A DNA stretch of 64,000 nt from Flavobacteriaceae bacterium (GTDB lineage: Bacteria > Bacteroidota > Bacteroidia > Flavobacteriales > Flavobacteriaceae). Below are positions 19,077-29,851 of this stretch, piece after piece; position 1 is the stretch's first letter, and every line of letters begins with the position of its first letter. A program made the position numbers and the translations under genes. The DNA lies in NCBI GenBank assembly GCA_045561735.1, contig JBJKXC010000026.1:2255-66254 (forward strand), written 5' to 3'. The notes beneath the pieces are model-generated. The model was not told the origin of the DNA. It did not search any database and was given only the letters and a program-made list of their open reading frames with translations.

Positions 19077-19235
19077 ATGAGTATTTGGCGGGTTTTATTG
19101 TCCATTTTATTTCCACCCCTAGCAGTGGTAGATAAGGGCTGTGGTTCTTTTGTAATTGTCTTTATTTTGACACTTTGTGGTTGGGTGCCTGGTGTTATTG
19201 CTGCTTTGGTCATTCTTAATAATCCAAATCACTAA
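19077..19235 (+). CDS. YqaE/Pmp3 family small membrane protein
   Basis: MSIWRVLLSILFPPLAV...LTLCGWVPGVIAAL. Confidence 0.88.
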   Translation: MSIWRVLLSILFPPLAVVDKGCGSFVIVFILTLCGWVPGVIAALVILNNPNH

Positions 19236-19252
19236 TCCATTATTTTTACAAC

Positions 19253-19966
19253 ATGAATAAATCAATTCAGTTTCAAGATTTAGGCCTAAAGGATTATAAA
19301 GAAACTTGGGATTTGCAAGAAGAAATTTTTAAAAAAACGGTGGCTATAAAAGTCAGAAATAGACGAGAAAATGCCGGATTATCTACACCCAATCACTTTT
19401 TATTTGTAAGCCATGCACATGTTTATACCTTAGGAAAAAGTGGGGATCTTTCCAATTTACTTTTAAATGAGGAACAACTCAAGAAAAAAGGCGCCAATTT
19501 TTATAAAATTAATAGGGGGGGAGACATCACTTACCATGGACCCGGCCAAATTGTTGGTTACCCAATTTTAGATCTTGAAAATTTTTTTACAGATATTCAT
19601 AAATACCTTCGCTTGTTGGAAGAAACTATTATTTTAACACTTGCGGACTACGGTTTAGAGGCTTCAAGAAGTCAGGGAGAAACTGGTGTATGGTTGGATG
19701 TGGGAACGCCTTTTGCTCGAAAAATTTGTGCGCTCGGAGTTCGTGCCAGCCGTTGGGTTACCATGCATGGATTTGCGCTCAATGTCAACACCGATTTAGG
19801 ATACTTTGATCACATCATTCCTTGTGGAATTCGCGGCAAATCTGTTACATCGTTAAGAGTAGAATTAAAGAGAAATCAAGTGCATGAAAATGAAGTTAAA
19901 GAAAAATTATTCAAGCATTTCTTGAATCTTTTTGAAGCCCAAAAAGTTAATACATTTGGTACATGA
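19253..19966 (+). CDS. lipB: Octanoyltransferase
   Basis: HVYTLGK, RGGDITYHGPGQ, RKICALG, HGFALNV, IIPCGI. Confidence 0.96.
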   Translation: MNKSIQFQDLGLKDYKETWDLQEEIFKKTVAIKVRNRRENAGLSTPNHFLFVSHAHVYTLGKSGDLSNLLLNEEQLKKKGANFYKINRGGDITYHGPGQIVGYPILDLENFFTDIHKYLRLLEETIILTLADYGLEASRSQGETGVWLDVGTPFARKICALGVRASRWVTMHGFALNVNTDLGYFDHIIPCGIRGKSVTSLRVELKRNQVHENEVKEKLFKHFLNLFEAQKVNTFGT

Positions 19967-22253
19967 CGAAGCCATCAGCGCTGCTTTGACATATAAATTC
20001 AAGGGCCGCATCCCCATCAACATTTGCTAAATCAACATTAGAAGCCCCATAAACAGGAAAATCTGGAAGTACCTTTCCTTGACTATCATAAAACCAAACT
20101 TTATTGGACTGAAGATCTGTAATGCTTATGAATATCTTGTCATTTAAATAAAACAATTTTGGGGGGCTAAAATTGCCGTAATCAAGCGTTGCTTTTTGAG
20201 CTTTAATCTGTAAGTTGTTATTCCATTGTGCCACCAATGTTTTGCTAAAAGCTGTTATTTGAGTGCCTGATTCAAAACCTAGAGATTGCAAACTCAAACG
20301 GCCTTTAGTGTCGACCTGAACAAAATCGCCATTGGCGTCAAGCGTTGAGAATTTATTTTTATAAAAGTACAGGTTTTGATCTGAGAAATTAATGGTTTCT
20401 TTAACGCCAATTCGTATTTTTCCACGGCGGTCTAAAATCTTTAAATTTTTTCCTTCAGAAAAGACAATGTAATCTTTACTTTTGTATCGAATGTGTTTTG
20501 GGGTGTTATTGATCTTGGAATCTGCTTTGTATTTAAATCCTTTTACACGTTTCCCATTACCATCGTACATTAACAAATTGGCTCCCTGTGTGACTAAAAA
20601 TCTATAGTTTCTTGTTTTGTCATAATCAAATACAGCCAAGGGTTGTGAGATTTTATCTTTGAACGTCAGCGGAAATCGTCCAACATCCCTACCTAATCGG
20701 TCTAAAACATAAAGTTTGTTTTCTGTAGCAAACACCATTTGAAGGCGTCCGTTTTTAAATAAATCCACCTGTTCAACTGGACCCAAGATTGGAGCTGAAA
20801 TTCTTTTTTTCCAACGTACAACCCCTTCATTAGAAATTAAATACAATTGATTCTCAACATCTTGTAACAAAATATCTTTCTGTCTTGTTTGGTGGTTTTT
20901 TACAAATTGAATGTCTCCAATAATTTGTGTATCCAGCTTAAAGCTAAAAATTTCAGTTACTCTTTGTGTGTTAGAAATAGGCCGTTGCTTTTGAATCAAC
21001 CCATTAAAATGAATTGTATTGTCGTCTTTAACAACCTGAAAACTGGAATTTTTAAAATCTTTCAAGGTTTCTGCTGTCATATTGGTGCCCAAGCGGCTGT
21101 TTAAAACCATAGCCAAGCGATTTGAATCGAATGTTTCATGATAAGACGCTTCATCGCTAAGTATTTTTTGTATGGATTTGTAAGCTTGACTTTGTGCCAG
21201 ACTGTTTTCATTGGTATATTCAGAAATAAAGTATTCTAGCGTTGTTTCATTGTCAGAAAATACTATGAATTCGTCTATAATTGTGTAGTATGAAGGTTCA
21301 ATAGCAGGTAATAAATTGCCGAAAGTTTGCTTAAAAATAGATCCGTTTTCAAATTTAAATAGAGGTATGGAGCGAAATGTTTTAAGAACTTCTTGCTGGC
21401 CTACCAAAACATCTTTACTTGCCCTTATGTCTAATGCATACAGAGCTATAGCAGTTCCATTTTCAGATGTGATACTGCCAATTTCTTCAGTTGTTTCAAA
21501 AAAAGACTTGGCAAATTCTGTTGGTATTAATGTACTGTCATTTTGCCTTATATTTTTAGAAAATTGTTCAAAATCAGAAAAATTATAAGACTTAAAATTT
21601 TGGCTATGATTAGGTGCAATCTGATTCAATTTAGATGCTTTTGGATTTATTTTATCGAATAAACCGGGCCATTTAGAATCTGTATATACCCCACTTAAAG
21701 ATAGATTTGATGGGCTGGCATAAAAGTTCAATAAAAGATTGCTATAAATGAAATCTAGCCCTTCAATTTGCTTTGAAGAAGTCATATAAATTGAAAATGT
21801 CGCATCAGGGTTAAGGATGTTTGTAAATTTCAGGTAAGGGTGTTTTGAAGTTTTCTTATGCGAGTTACTGATTTCGTAATTTTTGTTATAAACCCATATA
21901 CTGTCTTGAATAAATTTGGAGTTTAAAAGGATTTCGGATTCCAAGTGTTTTTTTTTAGTAATAAATGTATAGTTGGGTTCAGCAGTATTAGAATTTAAAC
22001 AAATGAGTAAGGGCCCCGATATTTTTAAACTATCAATTGGCATTAAATGGCTTTCAAAAAGCGTTTTTAAATTCGTTTGACTTAAAAGGGAATTGTTCTT
22101 TAAAGTGCTTTTGAATCCTTCTAATGAATTGATTTTCAAAATAAATGTAGAGCCCTCAGGGATAAAGTCTTCAATATTTGCTGGAGAATCATGTTTATAT
22201 TCACAACCAAACATCAAAATCACAAACAATAAAAGGATGATTTTACTTCTCAT
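19947..22253 (-). CDS. Conserved hypothetical lipoprotein (DUF3352-like N-terminal part, beta-propeller-like C-terminal part)
   Basis: Lipobox MFGC; repeated LYLISNEG/LYVLDRLG/LLMYDGNG/LKILDRRG/WFYDSQG blade-like motifs. Confidence 0.7.
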   Translation of the reverse strand: MRSKIILLLFVILMFGCEYKHDSPANIEDFIPEGSTFILKINSLEGFKSTLKNNSLLSQTNLKTLFESHLMPIDSLKISGPLLICLNSNTAEPNYTFITKKKHLESEILLNSKFIQDSIWVYNKNYEISNSHKKTSKHPYLKFTNILNPDATFSIYMTSSKQIEGLDFIYSNLLLNFYASPSNLSLSGVYTDSKWPGLFDKINPKASKLNQIAPNHSQNFKSYNFSDFEQFSKNIRQNDSTLIPTEFAKSFFETTEEIGSITSENGTAIALYALDIRASKDVLVGQQEVLKTFRSIPLFKFENGSIFKQTFGNLLPAIEPSYYTIIDEFIVFSDNETTLEYFISEYTNENSLAQSQAYKSIQKILSDEASYHETFDSNRLAMVLNSRLGTNMTAETLKDFKNSSFQVVKDDNTIHFNGLIQKQRPISNTQRVTEIFSFKLDTQIIGDIQFVKNHQTRQKDILLQDVENQLYLISNEGVVRWKKRISAPILGPVEQVDLFKNGRLQMVFATENKLYVLDRLGRDVGRFPLTFKDKISQPLAVFDYDKTRNYRFLVTQGANLLMYDGNGKRVKGFKYKADSKINNTPKHIRYKSKDYIVFSEGKNLKILDRRGKIRIGVKETINFSDQNLYFYKNKFSTLDANGDFVQVDTKGRLSLQSLGFESGTQITAFSKTLVAQWNNNLQIKAQKATLDYGNFSPPKLFYLNDKIFISITDLQSNKVWFYDSQGKVLPDFPVYGASNVDLANVDGDAALEFICQSSADGFVMYQMY

Positions 22254-22288
22254 GAGTTAATTACATTCAGCTGTAAACAAAGATAGGA

Positions 22289-22885
22289 TTAAAATTCAAA
22301 ACGCAACTGATCGGGGAGGAGTTTAAAAGATTTTCTGTGGTATTTTGTAGCCCCATATTTTTGGAGAGAATTTCGGTGTTCTTTAGTTGGGTATCCTTTA
22401 TTTTGCTTCCAATTATACATAGGGAATTCTTCATGAATTTTAGTCATATAATCATCCCGGTATGTTTTCGCAAGCACAGAGGCTGCAGCGATGTTCAGGT
22501 ATTTTGCATCTCCTTTGATAATGGTCTTATAGGGGATATCTCCAAAGGGTTTAAAACTGTTACCGTCTACAGCGATAAAAGTGGTCTTATTTAATTGTGC
22601 GATGGCCTTGTGCATTCCCAAAATAGAAGCATTTAAAATATTAATTTTGTCAATTTGTTCTGGAAAGATGTGGACTACTCCAAATCCAAGGGCTTGTGCT
22701 TCAATAATAGGACGTAACTCCATGCGTCTATTGTGTGAGAGTTCTTTCGAGTCATTCAGCCACTTGTTTTTAAATCTTTTTGGTAAAATAACAGCCGCCG
22801 CTGTGACTGGCCCCGCCAAACAACCTCTACCTGCTTCGTCGGTACCACATTCAAATTTTTTATTCGAGACACTGTGCTCGAGCAT
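22289..22885 (-). CDS. rnhB: Ribonuclease HII
   Basis: [28 protein letters not shown]...[14 protein letters not shown]. Confidence 0.97.
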   Translation of the reverse strand: MLEHSVSNKKFECGTDEAGRGCLAGPVTAAAVILPKRFKNKWLNDSKELSHNRRMELRPIIEAQALGFGVVHIFPEQIDKINILNASILGMHKAIAQLNKTTFIAVDGNSFKPFGDIPYKTIIKGDAKYLNIAAASVLAKTYRDDYMTKIHEEFPMYNWKQNKGYPTKEHRNSLQKYGATKYHRKSFKLLPDQLRFEF

Positions 22886-22993
22886 GGGTTTTAAATTTGT
22901 AGTAAATATAGATTACTTTTTTCGAACCGTTCTAAACGCTTAATAATCCCTAATAATTTGCTACTTTTGGAACAGCGTTTTTTTTTAATAAAT

Positions 22994-24955
22994 ATGCTAT
23001 ACAAATATACTGTCATTTTTCTGCTTGTTTTTTCTTCGACTTCTATTTTTGGGCAGAGGAAACTCCCGGCTGATAAAGTTTTGAGAGAGAATCCCTCAAG
23101 AGATATAGGCAGAAATAGTTCTAACGAAACTAGTCGAGATTCAAAAGATTTTTCGAAAAACCCCAAAGGTAAAATTGAGGATTACAAAATCATTTCGCGA
23201 AAGCTTGACACTGTACACTTAGACACGACACTTACTATAAAAAAAGAATATAAATTCAATTACCTTAGGCGTGACTATTTCGAATTACTCCCATTTAATA
23301 ATATGGGCCAAAGTTTTAATTCTTTAAGTCAAAACTTTTACAGGCGTAGCATGCAACCTGGTTTCGGAGCCAGGGCCAAGCATTTTAATTATATGGATGT
23401 CGATGCCATTCATTATTACCGTGTGCCTACACCATTGACAGAACTTATGTATAAATCTAACTTTGAACAAGGCCAGCTGTTAGACGCTTTTTTTACTGTA
23501 AATACTTCAGAACAATTTAATTTTTCCATCGCCTACAAGGGGATGCGCTCACTTGGTAAATACCAACACATTCTTTCAAGCACAGGGAATTTTAGATTTA
23601 CTTCTAGTTACCATACTAAGAACAAGCGTTACCACTTGCGCGCTCACCTCGTTTCGCAAGACCTTTTAAATCAAGAAAATGGCGGGATTGCTGATGATCA
23701 ATTAGTAGAGTTCGAAAATGGAAATTCTGAATTTATAGACCGATCCTTATTTGATCCTCAATTTGAGGATGCGGAAAACAATCTTGAGGGCCGTCGCTTT
23801 TATCTTGACCATACCTACCAACTTAAGCCAAAGGATTCCTTGGGGAATAACGGCTTAAATCTTGGGCACGTTCTACACATGGAAGATAAATTTTACCATT
23901 ACAATCAGGCTCAAAATTCAGCTGCATTTGGAGATGCTTTTGTGATCTCTAATTTGTCAGATAAAAATACATTTGATCATTTTTATAGCGAAGTCAATGC
24001 CGAGTATAACAATAATATCCTTGGAATTTTCAAGGCAAAATTAGGTTACAATCAATACAATTATGGCTATAACTCCTTGGTCATACTGGATGGGCAGACC
24101 ATAGCTAATCGCCTTAACGAGAGCGTAATATCTTTTGAGGGTGGTTATAAAAATCAAATTGGTGGGGTGTCTCTTAAAGCCGATTTAGGTGTGAATTTAA
24201 CAGGGGATTTAGAAGGTAATTTTTTGGATATTCAAACTAATTACAAAATAAATGAAGATCTCAGCGCCGTAGCAGTACTCAATTCAAATTCATCTGTAGC
24301 TAATTACAATTACCGTCTTTATCAAAGCGACTATTTGAGCTACAATTGGCAGAACAGTTTTAAAAATCAACAATCTCAGCAGTTGGCTTTTGATTTGCGT
24401 TCTAAAAAGTACGGAGATTTCTCAGTGGATTATACAACAGTCAATAACTACCTTTATTTTGAAGACAAGGGGCTTGGAGTGAAGCCCCATCAATATGATG
24501 GTACTGTCAATTATGTACGTGCGAAGTATGAGAAAGAATTTAAATTCAGAAATTTTGGTTTGTATAATACCGTCATGTATCAGGATGTTTTGGAGGGGGG
24601 TCAAGTCCTTAATATGCCCCAAATTAACACAAGGCATACTTTTTATTATGCCGATAATTTATTTAAAAATGCATTGTATTTACAAACCGGCTTCAACGTT
24701 AGTTATTTCTCCAAATACAATATGAATGCATATGATCCAGTATTAGCGGAATTTTATGTGCAAAACAACGCCTCTTTTGGAGATTTTCCTAGAATCGACT
24801 TCTTTGTAAATGCTAAAATTCAGCAAACGCGAATATTTATAAAAGCCGAACACTTTAATTCGTCTATGACTGGATACAATTTCTATTCGGCGCCCAATTA
24901 TCCATACCGAGATTTTATTGTTAGATTCGGTATCGTTTGGAATTTCTTTTTATAA
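22994..24955 (+). CDS. Putative porin (Bacteroidota outer-membrane beta-barrel)
   Basis: Signal peptide; TPLTELMY, ENGGI motifs; C-terminal RFGIVWNFFL. Confidence 0.82.
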   Translation: MLYKYTVIFLLVFSSTSIFGQRKLPADKVLRENPSRDIGRNSSNETSRDSKDFSKNPKGKIEDYKIISRKLDTVHLDTTLTIKKEYKFNYLRRDYFELLPFNNMGQSFNSLSQNFYRRSMQPGFGARAKHFNYMDVDAIHYYRVPTPLTELMYKSNFEQGQLLDAFFTVNTSEQFNFSIAYKGMRSLGKYQHILSSTGNFRFTSSYHTKNKRYHLRAHLVSQDLLNQENGGIADDQLVEFENGNSEFIDRSLFDPQFEDAENNLEGRRFYLDHTYQLKPKDSLGNNGLNLGHVLHMEDKFYHYNQAQNSAAFGDAFVISNLSDKNTFDHFYSEVNAEYNNNILGIFKAKLGYNQYNYGYNSLVILDGQTIANRLNESVISFEGGYKNQIGGVSLKADLGVNLTGDLEGNFLDIQTNYKINEDLSAVAVLNSNSSVANYNYRLYQSDYLSYNWQNSFKNQQSQQLAFDLRSKKYGDFSVDYTTVNNYLYFEDKGLGVKPHQYDGTVNYVRAKYEKEFKFRNFGLYNTVMYQDVLEGGQVLNMPQINTRHTFYYADNLFKNALYLQTGFNVSYFSKYNMNAYDPVLAEFYVQNNASFGDFPRIDFFVNAKIQQTRIFIKAEHFNSSMTGYNFYSAPNYPYRDFIVRFGIVWNFFL

Positions 24956-24957
24956 GT

Positions 24958-25731
24958 TCATTTTTGTGTCCGAATAGCTTTAATTATGTAAGAACTTTTA
25001 TGTGTTTTAGTCCTATGTTGCTCTTTCCCGTTAATTTTAATACGTTGTAAATAAATCAATGAAATAAGGTCATAGATGACTTTAAATATGCGCTCAAGAC
25101 CATATTTAGAAACACCAAATTTACGCGCATTATGTCTTATTGGAACTTGTGTTATTCGAGCTCCATTAAAATGTGATAACAGCGTCATATAGCGGTGTAT
25201 TTCGCCATATAAATTTAATTCTTTGGCGGTTTTTTTGGTAAATACTTTTAGTGCACATCCGTGGTCATTGATGTCTATATTTGTTGCCAAACGAATGATA
25301 AGATTTGCTACTTTGGAAGGTATCTTTTTAAAGAACGAATCTTTTCGGTTGGTACGTATTCCAGAAACCAAATCCCATTTTTCATTTTTAGCTTTCTCAA
25401 GCATCCATGGAATATCCTTAGGATCGTTTTGTAAATCCCCATCCATTGTAACAATATAATCCCCTTTTGATATGTCTATTCCCGCAGATAAGGCCAGACT
25501 TTGGCCATAATTTTTTTGTAATTCAATAACAATTATGTTCGGATGCTTTAATTTTTTTAGTTGTATCCCAGTGCGATCTGTGGAGCCGTCATTGACCAAT
25601 AGCAACTCATATTTGAATCCCTTTAGAGCTTTGTGAATCGCTTCGTTCAAAATACGTACATTGTCTGCCTCATTGTAAAGCGGAACAATAATGGATATGA
25701 ACCCAAAATGAGTTGAAGGATATTTTATCAA
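24958..25731 (-). CDS. GT2 glycosyltransferase (ArnC/polyprenol-phosphate glycosyltransferase-like), lacking C-terminal TM hairpin
   Basis: IIVPLYNEA, VNDGSTD, NYGQSLAL, MDGDLQNDP, DHGCALK, LYGEIHRY, SKYGLER. Confidence 0.85.
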   Translation of the reverse strand: MIKYPSTHFGFISIIVPLYNEADNVRILNEAIHKALKGFKYELLLVNDGSTDRTGIQLKKLKHPNIIVIELQKNYGQSLALSAGIDISKGDYIVTMDGDLQNDPKDIPWMLEKAKNEKWDLVSGIRTNRKDSFFKKIPSKVANLIIRLATNIDINDHGCALKVFTKKTAKELNLYGEIHRYMTLLSHFNGARITQVPIRHNARKFGVSKYGLERIFKVIYDLISLIYLQRIKINGKEQHRTKTHKSSYIIKAIRTQK

Positions 25732-25887
25732 AAAGTAAAGATTTAATTAGTTACTCAAAAGTAAACCAATTTTCTAACAGAATCAATCTTTAGAATAGCT
25801 CTGGAAATCACTATTTTCGTAATAAATTTTTTCAGATATAATCCAAAATTACAAACACCATAAAGTAATAATTTTAAATTCATCAAT

Positions 25888-26961
25888 GTGATAAGTAAAA
25901 TTTACAGAGTTGTTGGAGTCATGTCTGGTACTTCTTTAGATGGATTGGATTTATGCTGGGTAGAATTTTCAAAACAAGGGGACTGGAGTTTTGATATTTT
26001 AGCCGCCGAAACCCATCTATACGCGCCTTCTTTCAAATCGCGTTTAAAATCTGCCATGACAATGAGTTCTAAAGCTTTGATGAAATTAGATTACGATTAT
26101 ACAATGCATTTAGCGAATTATTTAAAATTATTTATTAGAAAGCATAAAATAAAAAATTTAGATGCTGTATGTAGTCATGGTCACACCATATATCACCAAC
26201 CGGATGAGGGCATTACCCTGCAAATTGGAAATTTACCAATACTTGCCGATGCTATTAAACAAACTGTTGTTTGTGATTTTAGAGTCCAGGATGTAGCTAT
26301 GGGAGGCCAAGGCGCACCATTGGTGCCTATAGGTGATTTACTTCTATTTTCTCAATACGATTTTTGCTTAAACCTTGGTGGCTTTGCCAACATTTCATTT
26401 CAAAAAAACTCACAGTGTTTTGCATTTGATATTTGCCCTGCCAATATTACGCTGAATCACTATTCACAATTGCTGGGCTATTCATTTGATAAAAATGGAG
26501 AATTTGCTAAAAAAGGGACCTTACACTTACCACTTTTGCAAGCTATGAATAATCTCGAATTTTATAGAAAAGCCCCCCCAAAATCACTGGGATTGGAATG
26601 GGTTCAAAATGAGATTTACCCACTTGTGGATGCTTATGAACTATCTACTCATTCAATTTTAAGAACGATGGTTGAACACAGTGCAATTCAAATTGCAAAC
26701 ATTCTAAAAAAACAAGACTTAAAAAGTGGCCTTTACACGGGAGGCGGTGTTCTCAATTCTTTTTTAATAAAGCGTATTTCTGAGCTATACGAACATGAAA
26801 TTTCAGACGTAAACTTGGATTTGATCAATTATAAAGAGGCCCTTATTTTTGGATTTTTAGGAGTCTTAAAATTGCGGGGAGAGGTGAACTGTTTACATAC
26901 TGTTACTGGAGCTAAAAAAGATCACAGTAGCGGTAAAATTTATTTCTATTCTTCCAACTAA
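25888..26961 (+). CDS. anmK: Anhydro-N-acetylmuramic acid kinase
   Basis: GVMSGTSLDGLD, SHGHT, DFRVQDVAMGGQGAPLVP, LNLGGFANIS, KEALIFG. Confidence 0.95.
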   Translation: MISKIYRVVGVMSGTSLDGLDLCWVEFSKQGDWSFDILAAETHLYAPSFKSRLKSAMTMSSKALMKLDYDYTMHLANYLKLFIRKHKIKNLDAVCSHGHTIYHQPDEGITLQIGNLPILADAIKQTVVCDFRVQDVAMGGQGAPLVPIGDLLLFSQYDFCLNLGGFANISFQKNSQCFAFDICPANITLNHYSQLLGYSFDKNGEFAKKGTLHLPLLQAMNNLEFYRKAPPKSLGLEWVQNEIYPLVDAYELSTHSILRTMVEHSAIQIANILKKQDLKSGLYTGGGVLNSFLIKRISELYEHEISDVNLDLINYKEALIFGFLGVLKLRGEVNCLHTVTGAKKDHSSGKIYFYSSN

Positions 26962-27040
26962 AAAGTATAAATCTTTTATATATTTGTTTGAGTCAAAAAT
27001 AACGGAACTTATTTAAATTCTTCTTATTCATCTACATTCC

Positions 27041-28417
27041 ATGGAAACAATAATAATTACGGTCTTTATTGCTGGATATTTAGCCATAACTTTAGAGCAC
27101 AGTTTAAAAATTGACAAACTTATTCCTGCCCTTATTATGATGGCTGTCAGCTGGGCCTTCATTTCTTTTGGTATTGATGATTTTAATTCTTGGTTTGATT
27201 CTTCAAAGCATGCCTTGGTGTCAAATTTTGAGGGTCTTAGACATGATGGCAAAATGCATCTGATGGAAGAAACACTTTTACACCACCTTGGTAAGACTGC
27301 TGAAATTTTAGTTTTTCTTTTAGGCGCCATGACCATTGTTGAAATCATTGCTTATTTCAATGGATTTTCTACCATTAAAAATTTTATAAGAACCAAGAAC
27401 AAGACCAAACTTTTGTGGATTTTTTGCTGGTTGGCATTTCTTTTGTCTGCTATAATTGACAATTTAACGGCAACTATTGTATTGATATCTTTACTCCAGA
27501 AATTGGTAAAAGACCGTGAAATTCGTTTGTGGTTTGCGGGGCTGATTGTTATTTCAGCCAACGCAGGGGGCGCCTTTTCTCCAATTGGTGATGTTACGAC
27601 AACTATGCTTTGGATTGCTGATAAAGTAACAACTACCTATCTTTTTGGTTACTTGCTCTTACCTTCTTTGGCCTGTATGCTTGTTCCAACTTTTTTAGCC
27701 TCTAAACTCTCTGTTTTTAAAGGTAACTTGGAAGTGGATGACACAGAGGAAGATTCCCCAGGGCGCTTTAGTGGAACTATGCTATACTTAGGATTATCAG
27801 CTATAGTTTTTGTCCCTATATTTAAAATGGTAACGCATCTACCCCCATATGTTGGGATGATGCTTTCTCTAGGACTTGTAGCAATTTTTGCTGAAATTTA
27901 CACTTCGTCTAAATTTAGTCTAGAAGGACTAAGTAAAGAAGGACACTCTAGTCCCGTTCATTATTCCTTAACCAAGATAGAATTGCCCAGTATTTTATTT
28001 TTCCTAGGGATTTTGATGGCCGTTGCAGCTTTGGAGTCCCTCGGTATTCTATTTGGATTTGCCGATTGGCTAAAAGTCGCTACTCCCCGTATTGGCACAG
28101 AAGTTGCCAGTGCCGCTGTTTCGGATTTGGTCGTACTTCTTTTGGGTGTTGGCTCTGCAGTTATTGACAACGTACCATTAGTTGCCGCATCTTTAGGGAT
28201 GTTTTCTGAATCTACAGACGATATACTATGGCATTTTATTGCCTATTCTGCTGGGACGGGAGGTAGTATGCTTATCATTGGATCTGCTGCAGGAGTCGTA
28301 GCCATGGGAATGGAAAGAATAAACTTCTTCTGGTATTTAAAAAAAATCAGTTGGTTAGCATTTATGGGCTTTATTTGTGGTGCATTGGTCTTTCTCTTTA
28401 CAAGAACCTTGTTTTAG
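27041..28417 (+). CDS. nhaD: NhaD-type Na+/H+ antiporter
   Basis: SAIIDNLTAT, ANAGGAFSPIGDVTT, SAVIDNVPLVA, GGSMLIIGSAAGV. Confidence 0.9.
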   Translation: METIIITVFIAGYLAITLEHSLKIDKLIPALIMMAVSWAFISFGIDDFNSWFDSSKHALVSNFEGLRHDGKMHLMEETLLHHLGKTAEILVFLLGAMTIVEIIAYFNGFSTIKNFIRTKNKTKLLWIFCWLAFLLSAIIDNLTATIVLISLLQKLVKDREIRLWFAGLIVISANAGGAFSPIGDVTTTMLWIADKVTTTYLFGYLLLPSLACMLVPTFLASKLSVFKGNLEVDDTEEDSPGRFSGTMLYLGLSAIVFVPIFKMVTHLPPYVGMMLSLGLVAIFAEIYTSSKFSLEGLSKEGHSSPVHYSLTKIELPSILFFLGILMAVAALESLGILFGFADWLKVATPRIGTEVASAAVSDLVVLLLGVGSAVIDNVPLVAASLGMFSESTDDILWHFIAYSAGTGGSMLIIGSAAGVVAMGMERINFFWYLKKISWLAFMGFICGALVFLFTRTLF

Positions 28418-28446
28418 AATCTTTTTGACGCTTACTAAATGTCCCG

Positions 28447-29664
28447 ATGAACTATAAAGCAACAACAACTTGGATGTTTTCTAGGTTGCCAATGTACCAA
28501 AAGCAGGGGGCGGCAGCTTATAAGGCAGATCTTTCCAGGACAGAGTTATTGGCATACCATTTAGGCCACCCTGAAAATAGGTTTAAATCCATACACATTG
28601 GGGGTACAAATGGTAAAGGCTCTACAGCCCACATGCTTGCTGCTGTACTTCAGTCAGCTGGCTATAAAGTTGGGTTATATACTTCTCCGCATTTAAAAGA
28701 TTTTAGAGAACGTATTCGAATTGATGGGACGAAAATTCCAGAGGCATTTGTTATCAAATTTATACAAGAAAACAAGTATTTTTTGGAAAAACACGAACTC
28801 TCATTTTTTGAAATGACAGTGGGTCTCGCTTTTGACTATTTTGCAAAATCAAAAGTTGATATTGGTATTGTCGAAGTTGGTTTAGGTGGTCGGTTGGATT
28901 CTACAAACATTATCAACCCTGAGCTGTCCGTTATTACCAATATTGGTTATGATCACACTCAGTTTTTAGGAGAAACACTTCAAAAAATAGCTACCGAGAA
29001 AGCAGGAATTATCAAATCAAATAGGGCAGTAGTTATTGGAGAATCACAAAGCGAACTTATAGATATTTTTATTAATAAGTCCAGGTCATTAAATTCTGAT
29101 ATTTATTTTGCTGATAAAGAAATAAATCAGTCTTTGTCGTGCAGCTTGTTAGGAGATTACCAGAAAAAAAATATCAAAACTGTTCTACAATCTTTGGTGG
29201 TTTTAAAAGCAAAAGGATTTACCGTTTTAGATATCCATATAAAAAAAGGCCTTGAAAACGTACAAAAGCTTACTGGTCTTAGAGGGCGTTGGGAATTCTT
29301 ATCAGAAAATCCAAAAACCATTTGTGATACCGCCCATAATAGAGAAGCTCTGACTTTAGTTTTTAACCAATTGAATAAAGAATCTTTTGCATCATTACAC
29401 ATTGTAATTGGGATAGTGAATGATAAAAATCTAGACAAATTATTGGATGTATTTCCAAAACAAGCAAAATATTACTTTTGTAGACCTAATATCCCAAGAG
29501 GTATGGACGCTGAATTATTGGCTAAAAAATTTTATGATGTAGGTTTAAAAGGAAAGACCTATGATTCTGTGAAAATCGCTTTTCAAGCTGCTAAAAAACA
29601 TGCTTTAAATGACGATCTCATTTTTATTGGTGGGAGTACATTTGTAGTGGCTGAAGTCCTTTAA
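28447..29664 (+). CDS. folC: Folylpolyglutamate/dihydrofolate synthase
   Basis: HIGGTNGKGS, YTSPHL, EVGLGGRLDSTN, DTAHN. Confidence 0.96.
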   Translation: MNYKATTTWMFSRLPMYQKQGAAAYKADLSRTELLAYHLGHPENRFKSIHIGGTNGKGSTAHMLAAVLQSAGYKVGLYTSPHLKDFRERIRIDGTKIPEAFVIKFIQENKYFLEKHELSFFEMTVGLAFDYFAKSKVDIGIVEVGLGGRLDSTNIINPELSVITNIGYDHTQFLGETLQKIATEKAGIIKSNRAVVIGESQSELIDIFINKSRSLNSDIYFADKEINQSLSCSLLGDYQKKNIKTVLQSLVVLKAKGFTVLDIHIKKGLENVQKLTGLRGRWEFLSENPKTICDTAHNREALTLVFNQLNKESFASLHIVIGIVNDKNLDKLLDVFPKQAKYYFCRPNIPRGMDAELLAKKFYDVGLKGKTYDSVKIAFQAAKKHALNDDLIFIGGSTFVVAEVL

Positions 29665-29703
29665 ATTTTACCATAAATCCTTTTGCAAAAAGAAAAACTA
29701 ATC

Positions 29704-29711
29704 TATATTTG
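29704..29711 (+). promoter_or_regulatory. -7 promoter element of tRNA-Val(TAC)
   Basis: TATATTTG with TTTG -33 element at about 29682-29685. Confidence 0.75.
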
Positions 29712-29725
29712 CACACCTATTGATA

Positions 29726-29800
29726 GGGCGCGTAGCTCAGTTGGTTCAGAGCACCTGGTTTACACCCAGGGGGTCAGGGGTTCGAATCCCTTCGCGCCCA
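29726..29800 (+). tRNA. tRNA-Val(TAC)
   Basis: GGGCGCG acceptor; anticodon arm CCTGG-TTTACAC-CCAGG; GGTTCGAATCC T-arm. Confidence 0.97.
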
Positions 29801-29802
29801 CA

Positions 29803-29831
29803 AAAAAAACCTCAACTAGTGAGGTTTTTTT
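29803..29831. terminator. Bidirectional terminator
   Basis: AAAAAAACCTCA-ACTAG-TGAGGTTTTTTT. Confidence 0.85.
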
Positions 29832-29851
29832 GTTTAATGTATTAAGGAAAA

